DNA of 64,000 nt, taken from Eledone cirrhosa. Lineage: Eukaryota. The position numbers and the translations under genes are program-made. This document shows, one piece after another, positions 12,992 to 25,684 of the stretch. The stretch spans positions 313,348,001 to 313,412,000 of the forward strand of contig OZ024740.1 in assembly GCA_964016885.1 (NCBI GenBank), read 5' to 3'. Below the pieces are notes generated by a model. The model did not search any database. It saw nothing but the letters and a program-made list of their open reading frames with translations, and was not told the DNA's origin. Within the stretch, counting starts at the first letter, position 1. Every line of letters begins with the position of its first letter.

Positions 12992-13250
12992 ATACGATAT
13001 TAACAAATGGAAACTATATTTATAAAACCATATTTATTTCATTATACATATTTCAAGGACACCAAGTTAAATTATGGTGTGCTTTCATCAGATAAAATAT
13101 AATATAGAGCAGTTTTATAAATAAATTTTGACATACCCTTAAAGAATGCAACCATTACTGTTGGAAGCTCCCGGATAGTGTGTCCTTGAAATATGTATAA
13201 TGAAATAAATATGGTTTTATAAATATAGTTTCCATTTGTTAATATCGTAT
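12992..13250. mobile_element. Fold-back PLE-like remnant with a hammerhead-like core on the minus strand (~13045-13097)
   Basis: Near-perfect ~80-bp inverted repeat 12992-13072 / ~13180-13250. Minus strand reads CTGATGA-AAG..ACACCA..TGGTGT.CTT-GAAA, with imperfect stem I. Confidence 0.55.
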
Positions 13251-13475
13251 TTTTACTCCAATTATTTGTTGAGTGCTTTATATCAGTTATAAAAATATTT
13301 GCTTGTTGTATCCCAATAATTTAAATAGGACTTCTACATATATACATATATATATATATTTATTATAAGAACAGATTAAAGATTATGCAAAGAATCGCTG
13401 CTTTCACCCTTAACGGGTTAATACTGTGCAAGTAGAAACAGTTGTTTCTTCTTAACCTTTATTTATTCTTTAATT

Positions 13476-16159
13476 GATTGTTATATGCTGTACAATATAT
13501 AGATTGTTATATTCTCTACATATATAGATTGCTATATTCTGTACAATATATACATTGTTATATTCTGTACAATATATAGATTGTTATATTCTCTACAATA
13601 TATAGATTGTTATATTCTCTACAATATATAGATTGTTATATTCTCTACAATATATAGATTGTTATATTCTGTACAATATATAGATTGTTATATTCTCTAC
13701 AATATATAGATTGTTATATTCTCTACAATATATAGATTGTTATATTCTGTACATATATAGATTGCTATATTCTGTACAATATATAGATTGTTATATTCTG
13801 TACAATATATAGATTGTTATATTCTCTACATATATAGATTGTTATATTCTCTACAATATATAGATTGTTATATTCTGTACAATATATAGATTGTTATATT
13901 CTGTACAATATAGATTGTTATATTCTGTACATATATATAGATTGTTATATTCTCTACAATATATAGATTGTTATATTCTCTACAATATATAGATTGTTAT
14001 ATTCTCTACAATATATAGATTGTTATATGCTGTACAATATATAGATTGTTATATGCTGTACATATATAGATTGTTATATTCTGTACAATATATAGATTAT
14101 TATATTCTGTACAATATATAGATTGTTATATTCTGTACAATATAGATTGTTATATTCTGTACAATATATAGATTGTTATATTCTCTACAATATATAGATT
14201 GTTATATTCTCTACAATATATAGATTGTTATATTCTGTACAATATATAGATTGTTATATTCTCTACAATATATAGATTGTTATATTCTGTACAATATATA
14301 GATTGTTATATTCTCTACAATATATAGATTGTTATATTCTGTACAATATATAGATTGTTATATTCTGTACAATATATAGATTGTTATATTCTGTACAATA
14401 TATAGATTGTTATATTCTCTACAATATATAGATTGTTATATTCTCTACAATATATAGATTGTTATATTCTGTACATATATAGATTGTTATATGCTGTACA
14501 TATATAGATTGTTATATGCTGTACATATATAGATTGTTATATGCTGTACATATATAGATTGTTATATTCTCTACAATATATAGATTGTTATATGCTGTAC
14601 ATATATAGATTGTTATATTCTCTACAATATATAGATTGTTATATTGTCTACAATATATAGATTGTTATATTCTGTACATATATAGATTGTTATATTCTCT
14701 ACAATATATAGATTGTTATATTCTGTACATATATAGATTGTTATATGCTGTACATATATAGATTGTTATATTCTCTACAATATATAGATTGTTATATTGT
14801 CTACAATATATAGATTGTTATATGCTGTACATATATAGATTGTTATATTCTGTACATATATAGATTGTTATATTCTGTACAATATATAGATTGTTATATT
14901 CTGTACATATATAGATTGTTATATTCTCTACAATATATAGATTGTTATATTGTCTACAATATATAGATTGTTATATTCTGTACATATATAGATTGTTATA
15001 TTCTCTACAATATATAGATTGTTATATTCTGTACAATATATAGATTGTTATATTCTGTACAATATATAGATTGTTATATTCTGTACATATATATAGATTG
15101 TTATATTGTCTACAATATATAGATTGTTATATTCTGTACATATATAGATTGTTATATGCTGTACATATATAGATTGTTATATTCTCTACATATATAGATT
15201 GTTATATTCACTACAATATATAGATTGTTATATTCTCTACAATATATAGATTGTTATATTCTCTACAATATATAGATTGTTATATGCTGTACATATATAG
15301 ATGGTTATATGCTGTACAATATATAGATTGTTATATTCTGTACATATATAGATTGTTATATTCTCTACAATATATAGATTGTTATATTCTCTACAATATA
15401 TAGATTGTTATATGCTGTACATATATAGATTGTTATATTCTGTACATATATAGATTGTTATATTCTGTACAATATATAGATTGTTATATTCTGTACATAT
15501 ATAGATTGTTATATGCTGTACAATATATAGATTGTTATATTCTGTACAATATATAGATTGTTATATTCTGTACATATGTAGATTGTTATATTCTGTACAA
15601 TATATAGATTGTTATATTCTCTACAATATATAGATTGTTATATTCTGTACATATATAGATTGTTATATGCTGTACAATATATAGATTGTTATATTCTCTA
15701 CAATATATAGATTGTTATATTCTCTACAATATATAGATTGTTATATGCTGTACAATATATAGATTGTTATATGCTGTACATATATATAGATTGTTATATT
15801 CTCTACAATATATAGATTGTTATATTCTCTACAATATATAGATTGTTATATTCTCTACAATATATAGATTGTTATATTCTCTACAATATATAGATTGTTA
15901 TATTCTCTACAATATATAGATTGTTATATGCTGTACAATATATAGATTGTTATATGCTGTACATATATATAGATTGTTATATTCTCTACAATATATAGAT
16001 TGTTATATTCTCTACAATATATAGATTGTTATATTCTCTACAATATATAGATTGTTATATTCTCTACAATATATAGATTGTTATATTCTCTACAATATAT
16101 AGATTGTTATATTCTGTACAATATATAGATTGTTATATTCTGTACAATATATAGATTGT
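13476..16159. repeat. Minisatellite, 25-26-bp unit, ~100 copies
   Basis: Unit atatatagattgttatattctctaca, with variants ctgtaca, atgctgtaca and attgtctaca. Confidence 0.98.
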
Positions 16160-16249
16160 AGGAGTTTCTGATACAATAACAACATTCTTCGTTTTCGTCT
16201 TTATGTCCTGTGCTTCCACTTCGTTCAGTATTGACTGAGTAGGGGTCCA

Positions 16250-16532
16250 TCGTTGTTGTCGTCGTCATTGTCGTTGTCCGCATCACTGCTACCACGGTGT
16301 CGACAACGATGACGAAACTTCATCATCATCATCATTATCAACAGCATCAACATCATAATCTTCATCATTATCGTCGTGGTCAGAGTCATCATAGTCACCA
16401 TCATCGTCATAATCGGCATCATCGTCATCGGCATCCTTATCATCATCATCCTTATCTTCATCGTCGTTGTCATCGTCATCATCCTTATCATCGTACTCAG
16501 CATCATCGTCATCATCGTCATTGTCATCATCA
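16250..16532. repeat. Degenerate (CAT/CGT)n trinucleotide repeat
   Basis: Direct inspection. Confidence 0.85.
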
Positions 16533-16650
16533 ATTTAGAGGCCCTTCATGTATTACATATGCATTCATAAAAACCATATGTACATGGAGTTGTAATTCTA
16601 TGATAAATGTTCATATAAATCTAAATACAGAACTGGAAATTATTCAGTGG

Positions 16651-17005
16651 CATCAGGTATAATAATTGTTTCTACTTTTTGCACAAGGCCAGCAATTACC
16701 CAGTGCATTACTGGTACTTTATTTTATCGACCTCGTAAGGATGAAAGGCAAAGTTAACCTCGGCGGGATTTGAACTCAGAATGGCAAGGGATCAGGTATA
16801 ATAATTGTTTCTACTTTAGGCACAAGGCCAGCAATTACCCAGTGCATTACTGGTACTTTATTTTATCGACCCCGTAAGGATGAAAGGCAAAGTCAACCTC
16901 GGCGGGATTTGAACTCAGATCGTAAAGGGACGTAACTATGTTGAAAAGCATGGCTTCCGACCCTCTACTGATACTGCCAATCCACCGCCTTAGGATCAGG
17001 TATAA
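16651..17005 (-). mobile_element. tRNA-derived SINE with a Meta-domain-like core, two tandem partial copies
   Basis: Minus strand has B-box GAGTTCAAATCC followed by gccgaggttgactttgcctttcatccttacggggtcgataaaataaagtaccag. 16651-16780 is duplicated at 16790-16918. Confidence 0.8.
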
Positions 17006-17165
17006 TAATGACACAAGTTTTGTGTGCCTATAAGAACCACACATCCACCCACCCGCTACCATCATAATCCGTTTAGTTAAAGTGTTATAAATGCATTTAA
17101 TAAAACCCTTTGAAGAAACAAAAGTCTTCATGAGATCTATTCAATTGGATGTCTCTTATTTGCAG

Positions 17166-17223
17166 ATGAAAAGAATGCATGTTGCCATGAGAAAGGCTAC
17201 AGAGTGAAAATCCATTGGAACAT
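17166..17223 (+). other. Candidate host exon (58 nt)
   Basis: tctcttatttgcag| ... |gtaagc; one open frame, EKNACCHEKGYRVKIHWN. No homology recognised. Confidence 0.25.
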
Positions 17224-17885
17224 GTAAGCATTCCATTAATTTTGCTTGAGACAAATTTTACACGAGGTAACGTGGTAAGTCAAGAAATAATGTAAAAAAT
17301 ATAAATAAATAAAAAATAAAATATAAATAAATAAATAAAAAATTGAATATAAAAAAAATAAAATAAGATAGAATAAAATACATAAAAACAATTTATATTC
17401 ACAAAAATACAAGATAATTGAAAAAAATAAATATCTTTTGAAACTAAACCCTACAAACCTGTTTATAATTTAGAACGTTGTATAAAATGAATAATAGAAA
17501 AAGATTTAATTGAATATTTACTTTCGTAAATAGCTTTTGCTAAGTGCCTACTTTACTTGTGTCGAGGTTAACGGATGTGTCTATTGTAGTTCTTACCCTA
17601 TGTTTTTCAGCTGACTCGTTATCACGAAAGAAGGAATCGAGTGTGCCAAAGTCTCGTTTTGCACGTACACAACTTCTTACGAAATTATTTCCCCTAATTT
17701 CTCCACAGCAACACACGGTAATTTGATACTTTTGGGTCAGAACAAAATGCGTTCCAGCACTTTAGAGAGGTGAAGATTAAAGAAAAGAATAATCACCACA
17801 AATTACTCGTCCAAACTTTACCTAGTTGTCCTAATGTGTCATTCTACTGGATCTGAAAATATATAGTGGGTTAGATAATTGTGCA

Positions 17886-17916
<31 letters not shown>

Positions 17917-18295
17917 CTTCTTCTTCTTCTTCTTCTTCTTCTTGAGAGGGTCGTGGGGGCAGAGTCCTCAAACACTCCCTCCAGAGGGTCCTGTCAGAAG
18001 CAACCGTCTCCAAGATGTGGTGGCGTTCACCCGGGATTCAACCCATCGAGTGATTCAACCCATCGGATTTCCCACTGTGCTTAAGCACAGAGCACCGTTG
18101 GCCAGGAAAGTGGGGTGCCTATATTCCCGCCAAATAAATTTCTTACCTCCTTCCAGCCCCAGGTAAGGGGCCTCATAACTTAACAAGCACAGGGCCTCAT
18201 TTGTCCTAAATCCGACTCAACTTGAGTCGGCTCCATCGAAAGAATTCACGGTGTAAGTTCATTTCAATGGAGTTTCTTCGAGCGATTGGCTTCAC
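17886..18295 (-). mobile_element. 5'-truncated RTE-like LINE 3' end with (GAA)n tail
   Basis: Minus strand encodes METVASDRTLWRECLRTL (RTE C-terminal AxDRxxWR motif), running into ~19 GAA repeats. Confidence 0.65.
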
Positions 18296-18299
18296 AAGC

Positions 18300-19340
18300 A
18301 CCCATACCATCACCACCACCACCACCACCACCTCCATCATCATCATCATCGTCATCACCGCAATCATTATTATAATTAGTTCTCAAATAACCTCATTTAA
18401 TCGCCACCGCATGTACGTCATTACTTCACCCTCGTAATTATCATTATTATCAACAATAATATCATTAACACCATTTACACCGACATCAGCCAACATTACA
18501 AGTTGTTCCTCCTGAAACCACCACCACCACCACCACCATCACCATCACTGCCCCACTGCCACAACCACCACCATCATTGACCCACTACTGCCGCCACCGC
18601 TACAACCGCCACCGCTACAACCGACGCCACCACCACCACAACCGATCATTTCGTCGCCGCCGCTACCGCCGCCACAATGACAATGATAATGATAAAAACG
18701 ACAACGATGACGAAACGCTTACTCCTCCTCACCACCACCACCACCACCACCACCACCACAATAATAACAACAACAACAACAACAGCAGTATTAACACCAT
18801 CGTCTTCATTACCACTACCATTGACATCAACATTATGAGTCGACAATATTTAGATTTTTCCAGTAGGATCTTAAGTCAATATTTGTATAAAAGTTTGGTG
18901 GAAGGGTGGATAGGTTGATAGTGAAGATAGAAGTAGTTTGATAGGAAAGTGGGAAGCAATCATTTTGATAAGGTGGTGAGGGTGAGAGAAGGACATAAAC
19001 TTACCTTGAGATAACAGAAGGAGAACATTGAATGGCGTAAGATATAAACAGTCCGGCCAAGTCATTCACAGCTTTTCTGGAAATTGAAAATAAACAAACA
19101 TTTGTACGTAGACCCCACGCAGCCGTGTAGGATGAGGATAACTTCTTCCGCCTCCTTCCTACATCACTACCACAATACTACTATTACTATCTTCTTCTTC
19201 TTCTTCTTCTTCTTCTTCTTCTTCTTCTTCTTCTTCTTCTTCTTCTTCTTCTTCTTCTTCTTCTTCTTCTTCTTCTTCACCACCAACATCATCATCTCCA
19301 CCACCACCACCACCACCACCACCACAACCACCACCACCAC
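18300..19340. repeat. Low-complexity (CAC)n, (CAA)n and (CTT)n cluster with interspersed unique sequence
   Basis: Direct inspection; (CTT)n at 19191-19278. Confidence 0.8.
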
Positions 19341-19688
19341 ATATGTAAATAGAAAATGAAATAGCTAAGATCTTTTTTTTTATCTCTACGACCCCTTAAT
19401 GGTTAAAGCGCCTAGCCGGTATCTGGGAAACATGGAGTTCAATTTCTCATAGCGTTCGATGGCAACTTCTTTTTCCGTCGTCTTTTAAGGGTATTCACCC
19501 TATTTTTCATCTATTCGCCTATCACCCTATATATATATATAGTAATAATAAAAAATGTGAAGCCTAAAATCCAAAGAGGGCTCGATAAGGATAAATATAT
19601 ATCAAATATATATCAAATATTTATTAAAATAACAAATTAAGGGTGAAAGCAGCGATTCTTTACTTAAACTTTAACCTGTTATTTTAAT

Positions 19689-19791
<103 letters not shown>

Positions 19792-20310
19792 GGAATACAA
19801 AAAACAACAACGCAGGCGTACAAGTTACAAATAATATTAGTTTCACGCTTAGTGAGAGTGGAGGGGGTGCGACGTTTCGGGCATACGCCCTTCATTAAGA
19901 GAGTGGCGGGAGGAACTCTGAGAAGGAGTGAGGGGGAGTTATATATATATATATATATGAATAAAGTGGTCCTTCGTCAGTGATCTTCCAACCATCACAG
20001 ATATTTCTTCGCTTTAAAGACCATATACCTCCGGTTGGTGCGAGCAACGGCTAAAAAAAGTCGTTGGGACACGTAAATAAAGGGAACAGTATTAGAAGGA
20101 TAAGTAACAATAAATATAATGGGGAAATCAACTTGTAAAGCTGGGGACAGAGCGCAGGTGTAGGGCAAACATCTATTTTTTGCTGTGGGAGCAGTAAAAT
20201 TTTAAATTTCGGAAAATCGCCTATTGCATATATCCGTATGTGGTTGACAGCTGAGAGAAATGAGTACTCGGTATATATATTCATATATACATATATATAT
20301 ATATATATAT

Positions 20311-21020
20311 ATGAAAGACGTAAAATAAGAAAATTTTAAAAATTAAAAATTAACTTACTAAAATTTTCACTCCAACTAATTAGTTTCTGTAATGGGATAA
20401 ATATAGTTACACAATATAACTATCGAGAATTCATTACGTAATCAGGGAGTCTATTCTCAGCTAAGTTCCCAGGCAGTGCGCGGACACTAGGAACCCATAT
20501 AAAAATAATAATTCAGTGGATGTAATAAGCTAGCGACGACTAAATTCCATAGCACTGAAAAAGTTCACTGCCTCTGGTCAATGGCAGATTCTAAAGAATC
20601 AATCACGTGACACTGAGGTTAGTCAGTTAGGAGTGGGGTGGTATTATGACAAGAGCCTACTACTACTACTATGAATTAGCAGTAGATTTGGCAAATTTGC
20701 TCAACAAATAATTTGGAGATAAATATAAAGAATTAGTACATCTACCAACATATGCGTACAGATGTACACTAATACTAGCAAATATATAAGTTATGTCAAA
20801 GTACCTAGGTGGTTCTATGCAGGGGGATGCAGAACAATTATATGAAAGACGTAAAATAAGAAAATTTTTAAAATTAAAAATTAACTTACTTACTATCTGC
20901 ATCCCCCTGCATAGAACCACCTAGGTACTTTGACATAACTTATATATTTGCTAGCATTAGTGTACATCTGTACGCATATGTTGGTAGATATACTAATTCT
21001 CTATATTTATCTCCAAATTA
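20311..21020 (-). mobile_element. Non-autonomous PLE/retrozyme-like unit: 531-bp period, ~48-bp terminal direct repeat, 5' inversion
   Basis: Direct repeat 20311-20359 / 20842-20890. Inverted repeat 20708-20833 / 20896-21020. Hammerhead at 20369-20450. (TA)n on the left. No ORF. Confidence 0.75.
20369..20450 (-). ncRNA. Type I hammerhead motif with core CUGAUUA (G8 changed) and extended stem II
   Basis: ACTCC-CTGATTA-C.GTAATG..ATAGTTA..TAACTAT..CATTAC.A-GAAA-CTAATTAG-TT-GGAGT. Confidence 0.65.
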
Positions 21021-21039
21021 TAAACAAGTACATAGATAC

Positions 21040-21405
21040 AAGGAAAAAGGGAGAGCAAGGAGAGCAAGTAGAGCAATGAGAAAAGGGGAGCAAGGAGAGC
21101 AACGATAAAATTGGAGCAAGGAGAATAATGAGAAAATGAGAGCAAGCAGAGGAAGGAGAAAAGGAGAACAAGGAGAGCAAAGATAAAAGGAGAGCAAGGA
21201 GACCAATGAGAAAAGGAGGGCAAGGAGAGCAAGGAGAGGAAGGAGAAAGGGAGAGCAATGAGAGCAATGAGAAAAGGAGAACAAGGAGAACAAGGAGAAA
21301 AAGAGAGCAAGTAGGGCAATGGGAACAATGATAAAAGGAGAGCAAGGAGAGCAAGGATAAAAGGAGAGCAAGGAGAGCAATAAGAAAAGGAGAGCAAGGA
21401 GAGGT
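21040..21405. repeat. Purine-rich degenerate 9-bp repeat (gagcaagga)
   Basis: Direct inspection. Confidence 0.85.
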
Positions 21406-21479
21406 TAAGGCAAATATTGCTCAAGTTATGCTGGAAGCAGACAAAGGGGAAGAAGAGGAAGAAAAAAAATCAACTGAAG

Positions 21480-22225
21480 AGGTAGATTCTGCACCAAATT
21501 GACTTTTCTTCCTTTACAAACATCGAATTTTCGTTTTGTACAGCACCGATTTCCTCCACAAAGACTCTTTAAGATGGAAGGATGATCCTGGTTACAAAAG
21601 TGGACTTTAAAAACAGCTGTGAACGATGTTGCAGAAAGAGGTGTCAAACTCATTCAGGATTACAATAATATTCTCACAATAGATGGAACTGAGAAACAAT
21701 TTGTTTTACAGATCGTTACCGAAAACGGTAAAACATACCCAACTGCCACTAATTCCTCTCTTATGCAAAAATAATGTTCAATATCCAGTGTTCAGTGTTT
21801 ACATTATGTTTTTGATTCTATAGAAATTATTGTTGTAAATAAAAATGCGTTTCTCTTATAGAAGTTGTGTGCTTTATTAAGAAAACCTAATATTTCTTAA
21901 GTTTTAAATGTTATTTCAGGAATTTTTTAAATTAACTATTGGTAAATTTGATTCAGAATGTGTTTAAACATTTGCTGGGGTTGCCTGGATGTGTCCACAT
22001 AAATTTCTCCAAGAAGAAAAAAGAAAATGGTCGAGATAGGGAACAGTATACCACTTTTGAACAGAATTAATGTTCCAACTTCAAGGCTTTTGAGGGTCGC
22101 CAAACAGTTATCCAATTGAGCTGAAATTTTGCACACTCCGTGGCTCTGTTAATTGGATCAAGATTAGGGGATGAGAGCAGCAATTCTAACTTTCGGAAAA
22201 TTACCTATTGCTAAGGGCCACCGTA
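21480..22225 (+). mobile_element. hAT-superfamily (hATm-like) DNA transposon 3' remnant
   Basis: 21607-21774 encodes LKTAVNDVAERGVKLIQDYNNILTIDGTEKQFVLQIVTENGKTYP. An out-of-frame upstream segment encodes FLHKDSLRWKDDPGY. A terminal motif tttcggaaaat..cctattgc is shared with 20207-20227. Confidence 0.65.
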
Positions 22226-22634
22226 GTGTACACACAAATGTATATTTATGTACACACACAGACATATATATATATATATAAAATTCGTTTTTGAATTTGT
22301 TTTGCGAGATTTCCTGAAAACGTGTGTTTATCTCAATCTTGTTCTGTCCTCTCCCTCTCTTCCTTCTTCCGCCCATCCCCCATTCTTTCATCCCTTAGCT
22401 TCGGTAGATGGCAGACATACTTTTGTTAGGAGGTCTGTTAATTCCATTCCTTTGACGAAAGTCTAAAATTTTCCATCTTTTCATTGTTAACTTGTTGCAT
22501 ATCTTACAATGTATTTTGTCTTAACTCAATCACAAATAGTAAATTATTTATTCATTTCTAGTCATAAATTTTTTTTTTATCGCTGTTTTTGTCGAATAAC
22601 ATCCGTAAATTTTGTTGTCTGTTCTTTGTTGCAG

Positions 22635-22701
22635 AAACTAGCATGACAAGTGCAAGCCCATCTTACTGCACGAAATTGCAAGAAAGAGAATGGCTGACGA
22701 A
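22635..22701 (+). other. Candidate host exon (67 nt)
   Basis: tgtctgttctttgttgcag| ... |gtaaga; one open frame, TSMTSASPSYCTKLQEREWLT. Confidence 0.3.
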
Positions 22702-22751
22702 GTAAGATGTACTTGTCTGTTTATCGTATGTAACTTTTTTTCGGTGTGCAT

Positions 22752-22754
<3 letters not shown>

Positions 22755-22849
<95 letters not shown>

Positions 22850-22898
22850 TCTCTCTTTCGCACACACACACACACTATCTATCTATCTATCTATCTAT
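22755..22898. repeat. Compound (TC)n-(CA)n-(TATC)n microsatellite
   Basis: Direct inspection. Confidence 0.95.
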
Positions 22899-25472
22899 AG
22901 GCAAAAAGTGGCAACAAGTCCACGATTCGGTCTTTGAAGGACCAAAACGGACGCGTGATACGTGAGCCGAAGCAGATGTGTGCGGCTTTTCAGCGGCACT
23001 TTGCTCGGCTGTTCGGGGGGAGCGGCGCGCCGGGAGAGGCTATGGATTTCGGTCCATACCTCGACGGCCTACCGCGACTCTCGGACAGCGAGGCGAAGTT
23101 CTGCGAAAAGCCGATTTCAGCCACTGAGATAGGGGACGCGCTGAGCCAATGCGGCAAACGCAAATCTCCAGGTCTCGACGGTCTACCCTACGAATTTTAC
23201 GTAGCAATGCCGGACTTATTCTCCGGTCTCCTGGAAGCGGTCTACTGCAACTGGCAACAGAACGGGAGAATTCCCAATTCTGTAACCGGTGGCGTGGTCA
23301 CACTAATCAGGAAGGACGAGAATAAGGGGGATGACATAGGCAACTTCCGGCCCATAACTCTGCTAAACACAGAGTTACAGATTTTGGCCAAGGTGTTGGC
23401 AAAGAGGCTGGCGCTTGTCGTCGAGAACCTGGTGGGAGAAGCGCAGACATGCGCGATCCCGACCAGGTCCATACACGACAACCTCCACCTCATGCGATAC
23501 ATCATAGAGAGGGTAGGGTGTAAACCCGGCTTCGGTGGGGCCCTGATCAACTTGGATCAGTCTAAGGCTTTCGATAGGGTTGACCATCGTTACCTGGATG
23601 CGGTGCTCGAGGCGGCAGGCTTCGGACCCGTGTTCAGGGGCTGGATTGCTGCAATGCACAACAGCAACATCTGCTCAAGGGTCAAGGTGAACGGTTACCT
23701 CTCGGAGCCGTTCCATATTACGCGATCCATTCGACAGGGATGCCCTCTCTCCTCCCTTCTGTACGTACTGACTCTCGAGCCACTACTGCGGAAGCTGGAG
23801 CTATTGCAGGGCATCCCTCTGGAACCGGGACTGCGGAAAGCGGCGTCGGCCTACGCCGACGACGTGACAGTAATGGTGTCGAGCGCCTCGCAAATCGAGG
23901 AAGTCGGCACCTTACTAAAGGAATACGAAAGTCTCACAGGAGCGAAGCTGAACCGGGACAAGTCCATCGGTTTGCAACTCGGATCGTGGAGAGGCAGACC
24001 GATGCCTTCCGATGGCGTCGTCGGACGCTGGACGGAAGGACCGGTAAAGCTGCTCGGGGTCTGGTTTGGTCCGGACCTCCAGGTGGAGAAGAACTGGAAC
24101 GAAGTGACGGCCAAGGTGTTTGCACTCACCCAGAAGTGGGCCGAGTGCAAACTATCCTTGAAAGGTCGAGCGGAGGTGGCGAACACTTTTATAGCGTCCG
24201 CCATCTACTACCGCTTGACCGTCGTGCCTTGTCCAGCCAAAACGCTCGCCAAAATGGAGCGCGCCCTCTTCCGATTCCTTTGGAAGAGGCGGGCTCCTTT
24301 GGTAAGAAGATCCATCTGCTGCCAACACCCTTCTAACGGAGGGCTGGGGATGCCGTGGTTGACGATGCGCAAACACGCGCTCAGGCTGCGGCATCTCTAC
24401 GTATTCCTCACCGGACAACCGGTGTGGGCCCCGTTCGTGAGGCGAGCCTTCCCACGACTCGTCTCGCTGACCGAGCTGCAGTCCTGGGTCAAGCAGAGAC
24501 CGAGGAAAATGGGCGACTGGCACATCGAATGTGCTCAGGCGCTCACAGCCCTCTGGCAGGCGGACCCGGCGATCAGTGGAGACTCCACTTCGTCATTCTA
24601 TAGAGGGTTGGTCCGCAGCAAGTGCGACGACGCGCTCGGTGAAACTCTGGGCGTGGAGGAAGATGAACTGGCCAGTCTGTTCGGTAGGACCTTCCGCCCG
24701 GGACCGATGGACAACTTCCAAAAGTCCCTGGCCTGGCAGTGCTACCGAGGAGCTCTACCAGTTCGAGACAAGCTCTACAGACATGGGCGCCCGGGCAGGG
24801 ACCCTGCAAAAAAGATCTGTCCGAGGTGCGTGCGAGACGAAGAAACCGTCGCGCACGCATTCATACACTGCCCGGGCGTCACTGACCTGTGGGGCTATGT
24901 GGAACGACTATTGTCGCGGGTGGGACCAATCCAGTTGACCACCGAGTCCATTGTCATGATCAAACCGCCACCCTCCTTCAAAAACGAAGGAGAGGCGGTT
25001 TTCCTTTGTGTGATAGCTATGGCGAAAGAGGTTGTATGGTGGACAAGGTTGAAAGGGCTGAGGTCAGACACCTTTCTCTCCGGCCAACAACTGATTCTTT
25101 TTTTCAAATACCACTTTGGAAGAAGAATCAGGATGGAGAGAGAGGTGCTGTACCCCAGCAAGTTTTATGAAAGGTGGGTGAAAGTGGCGAGAATGGCCCG
25201 AGTGAATGGGCCTTCTCTCTATATCAGCCTGTAGGTTGAGGAAAAGGAGGAGGAGAGGAAAGGAGTACAAGCTCTTCGTACTCCTGGAGATGAGGGTTGC
25301 ACATTTTTTTCGGGGGTCTGTGTTACCCATATAAACTGTCTCCCTCTATTGGGGAAAATCGACTAACTTTTAAATTCCATCTGTGATAACATTTTACACG
25401 TTTTTATTGTATGTAAACTTCCCCCTTTGTATTTGTCCCCTTCTTTTGTGCCCCTGTGGCTAATAAAGAAAT
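22899..25472 (+). mobile_element. Tx1/L1-clade LINE, 5'-truncated, subfamily A
   Basis: Starts directly after (TATC)n in mid-ORF2 and ends AATAAAGAAAT-atatctatct. Its 3'UTR differs from the other two copies. Confidence 0.93.
22901..25234 (+). CDS. Truncated Tx1 ORF2 (RT plus C-terminal zinc finger), frame open
   Basis: KSPGLDG, NFRPITLLN, LDQSKAFDRVDH, QGCPLS, YADDV, CPRC..ETVAHAFIHC. Confidence 0.9.
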   Translation, partial: AKSGNKSTIRSLKDQNGRVIREPKQMCAAFQRHFARLFGGSGAPGEAMDFGPYLDGLPRLSDSEAKFCEKPISATEIGDALSQCGKRKSPGLDGLPYEFYVAMPDLFSGLLEAVYCNWQQNGRIPNSVTGGVVTLIRKDENKGDDIGNFRPITLLNTELQILAKVLAKRLALVVENLVGEAQTCAIPTRSIHDNLHLMRYIIERVGCKPGFGGALINLDQSKAFDRVDHRYLDAVLEAAGFGPVFRGWIAAMHNSNICSRVKVNGYLSEPFHITRSIRQGCPLSSLLYVLTLEPLLRKLELLQGIPLEPGLRKAASAYADDVTVMVSSASQIEEVGTLLKEYESLTGAKLNRDKSIGLQLGSWRGRPMPSDGVVGRWTEGPVKLLGVWFGPDLQVEKNWNEVTAKVFALTQKWAECKLSLKGRAEVANTFIASAIYYRLTVVPCPAKTLAKMERALFRFLWKRRAPLVRRSICCQHPSNGGLGMPWLTMRKHALRLRHLYVFLTGQPVWAPFVRRAFPRLVSLTELQSWVKQRPRKMGDWHIECAQALTALWQADPAISGDSTSSFYRGLVRSKCDDALGETLGVEEDELASLFGRTFRPGPMDNFQKSLAWQCYRGALPVRDKLYRHGRPGRDPAKKICPRCVRDEETVAHAFIHCPGVTDLWGYVERLLSRVGPIQLTTESIVMIKPPPSFKNEGEAVFLCVIAMAKEVVWWTRLKGLRSDTFLSGQQLILFFKYHFGRRIRMEREVLYPSKFYERWVKVARMARVNGPSLYISL

Positions 25473-25684
25473 ATATCTATCTTGATAGAGTAAGACACGC
25501 TTCGCATCGGCTCCGCTATTCCATCGGGATTTACCCTTACTATTGTAAGTACCGGATAAATTTTTTAGTGCAACACATTTGGAACACTAACCCCTGTTAT
25601 TTAGGGAAACATTTTTGCATTTACCCCCTTTTTAGGGGGTAAAATAAATATCTATTTTTGCCGAAAAATTTCTTTCTTGGCAGC

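Noticed and set aside
13476-16159. Regular repeat array as a CRISPR
   Set aside because: Head-to-tail units with no unique spacers, no cas genes, and a eukaryotic context.
16297-16662. His-rich 121-aa ORF
   Set aside because: Product of a degenerate (CAT)n repeat; overlapping frames on both strands are equally open.
19390-19455. tRNA-like sequence (ggttaaagcg...agttcaatt)
   Set aside because: No complete cloverleaf or acceptor stem; likely a decayed SINE head.
19868-19900. Minus-strand TTAATGA-A-GGGC-gtat-GCCC-GAAA-CG-TC
   Set aside because: Core is doubly mutated and stem I is absent; a probable dead relic, not counted.
20993-21424. Hydrophobic Leu/Ser/Pro ORFs resembling membrane proteins
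   Set aside because: All three minus frames are open because of the pyrimidine-rich 9-bp repeat.
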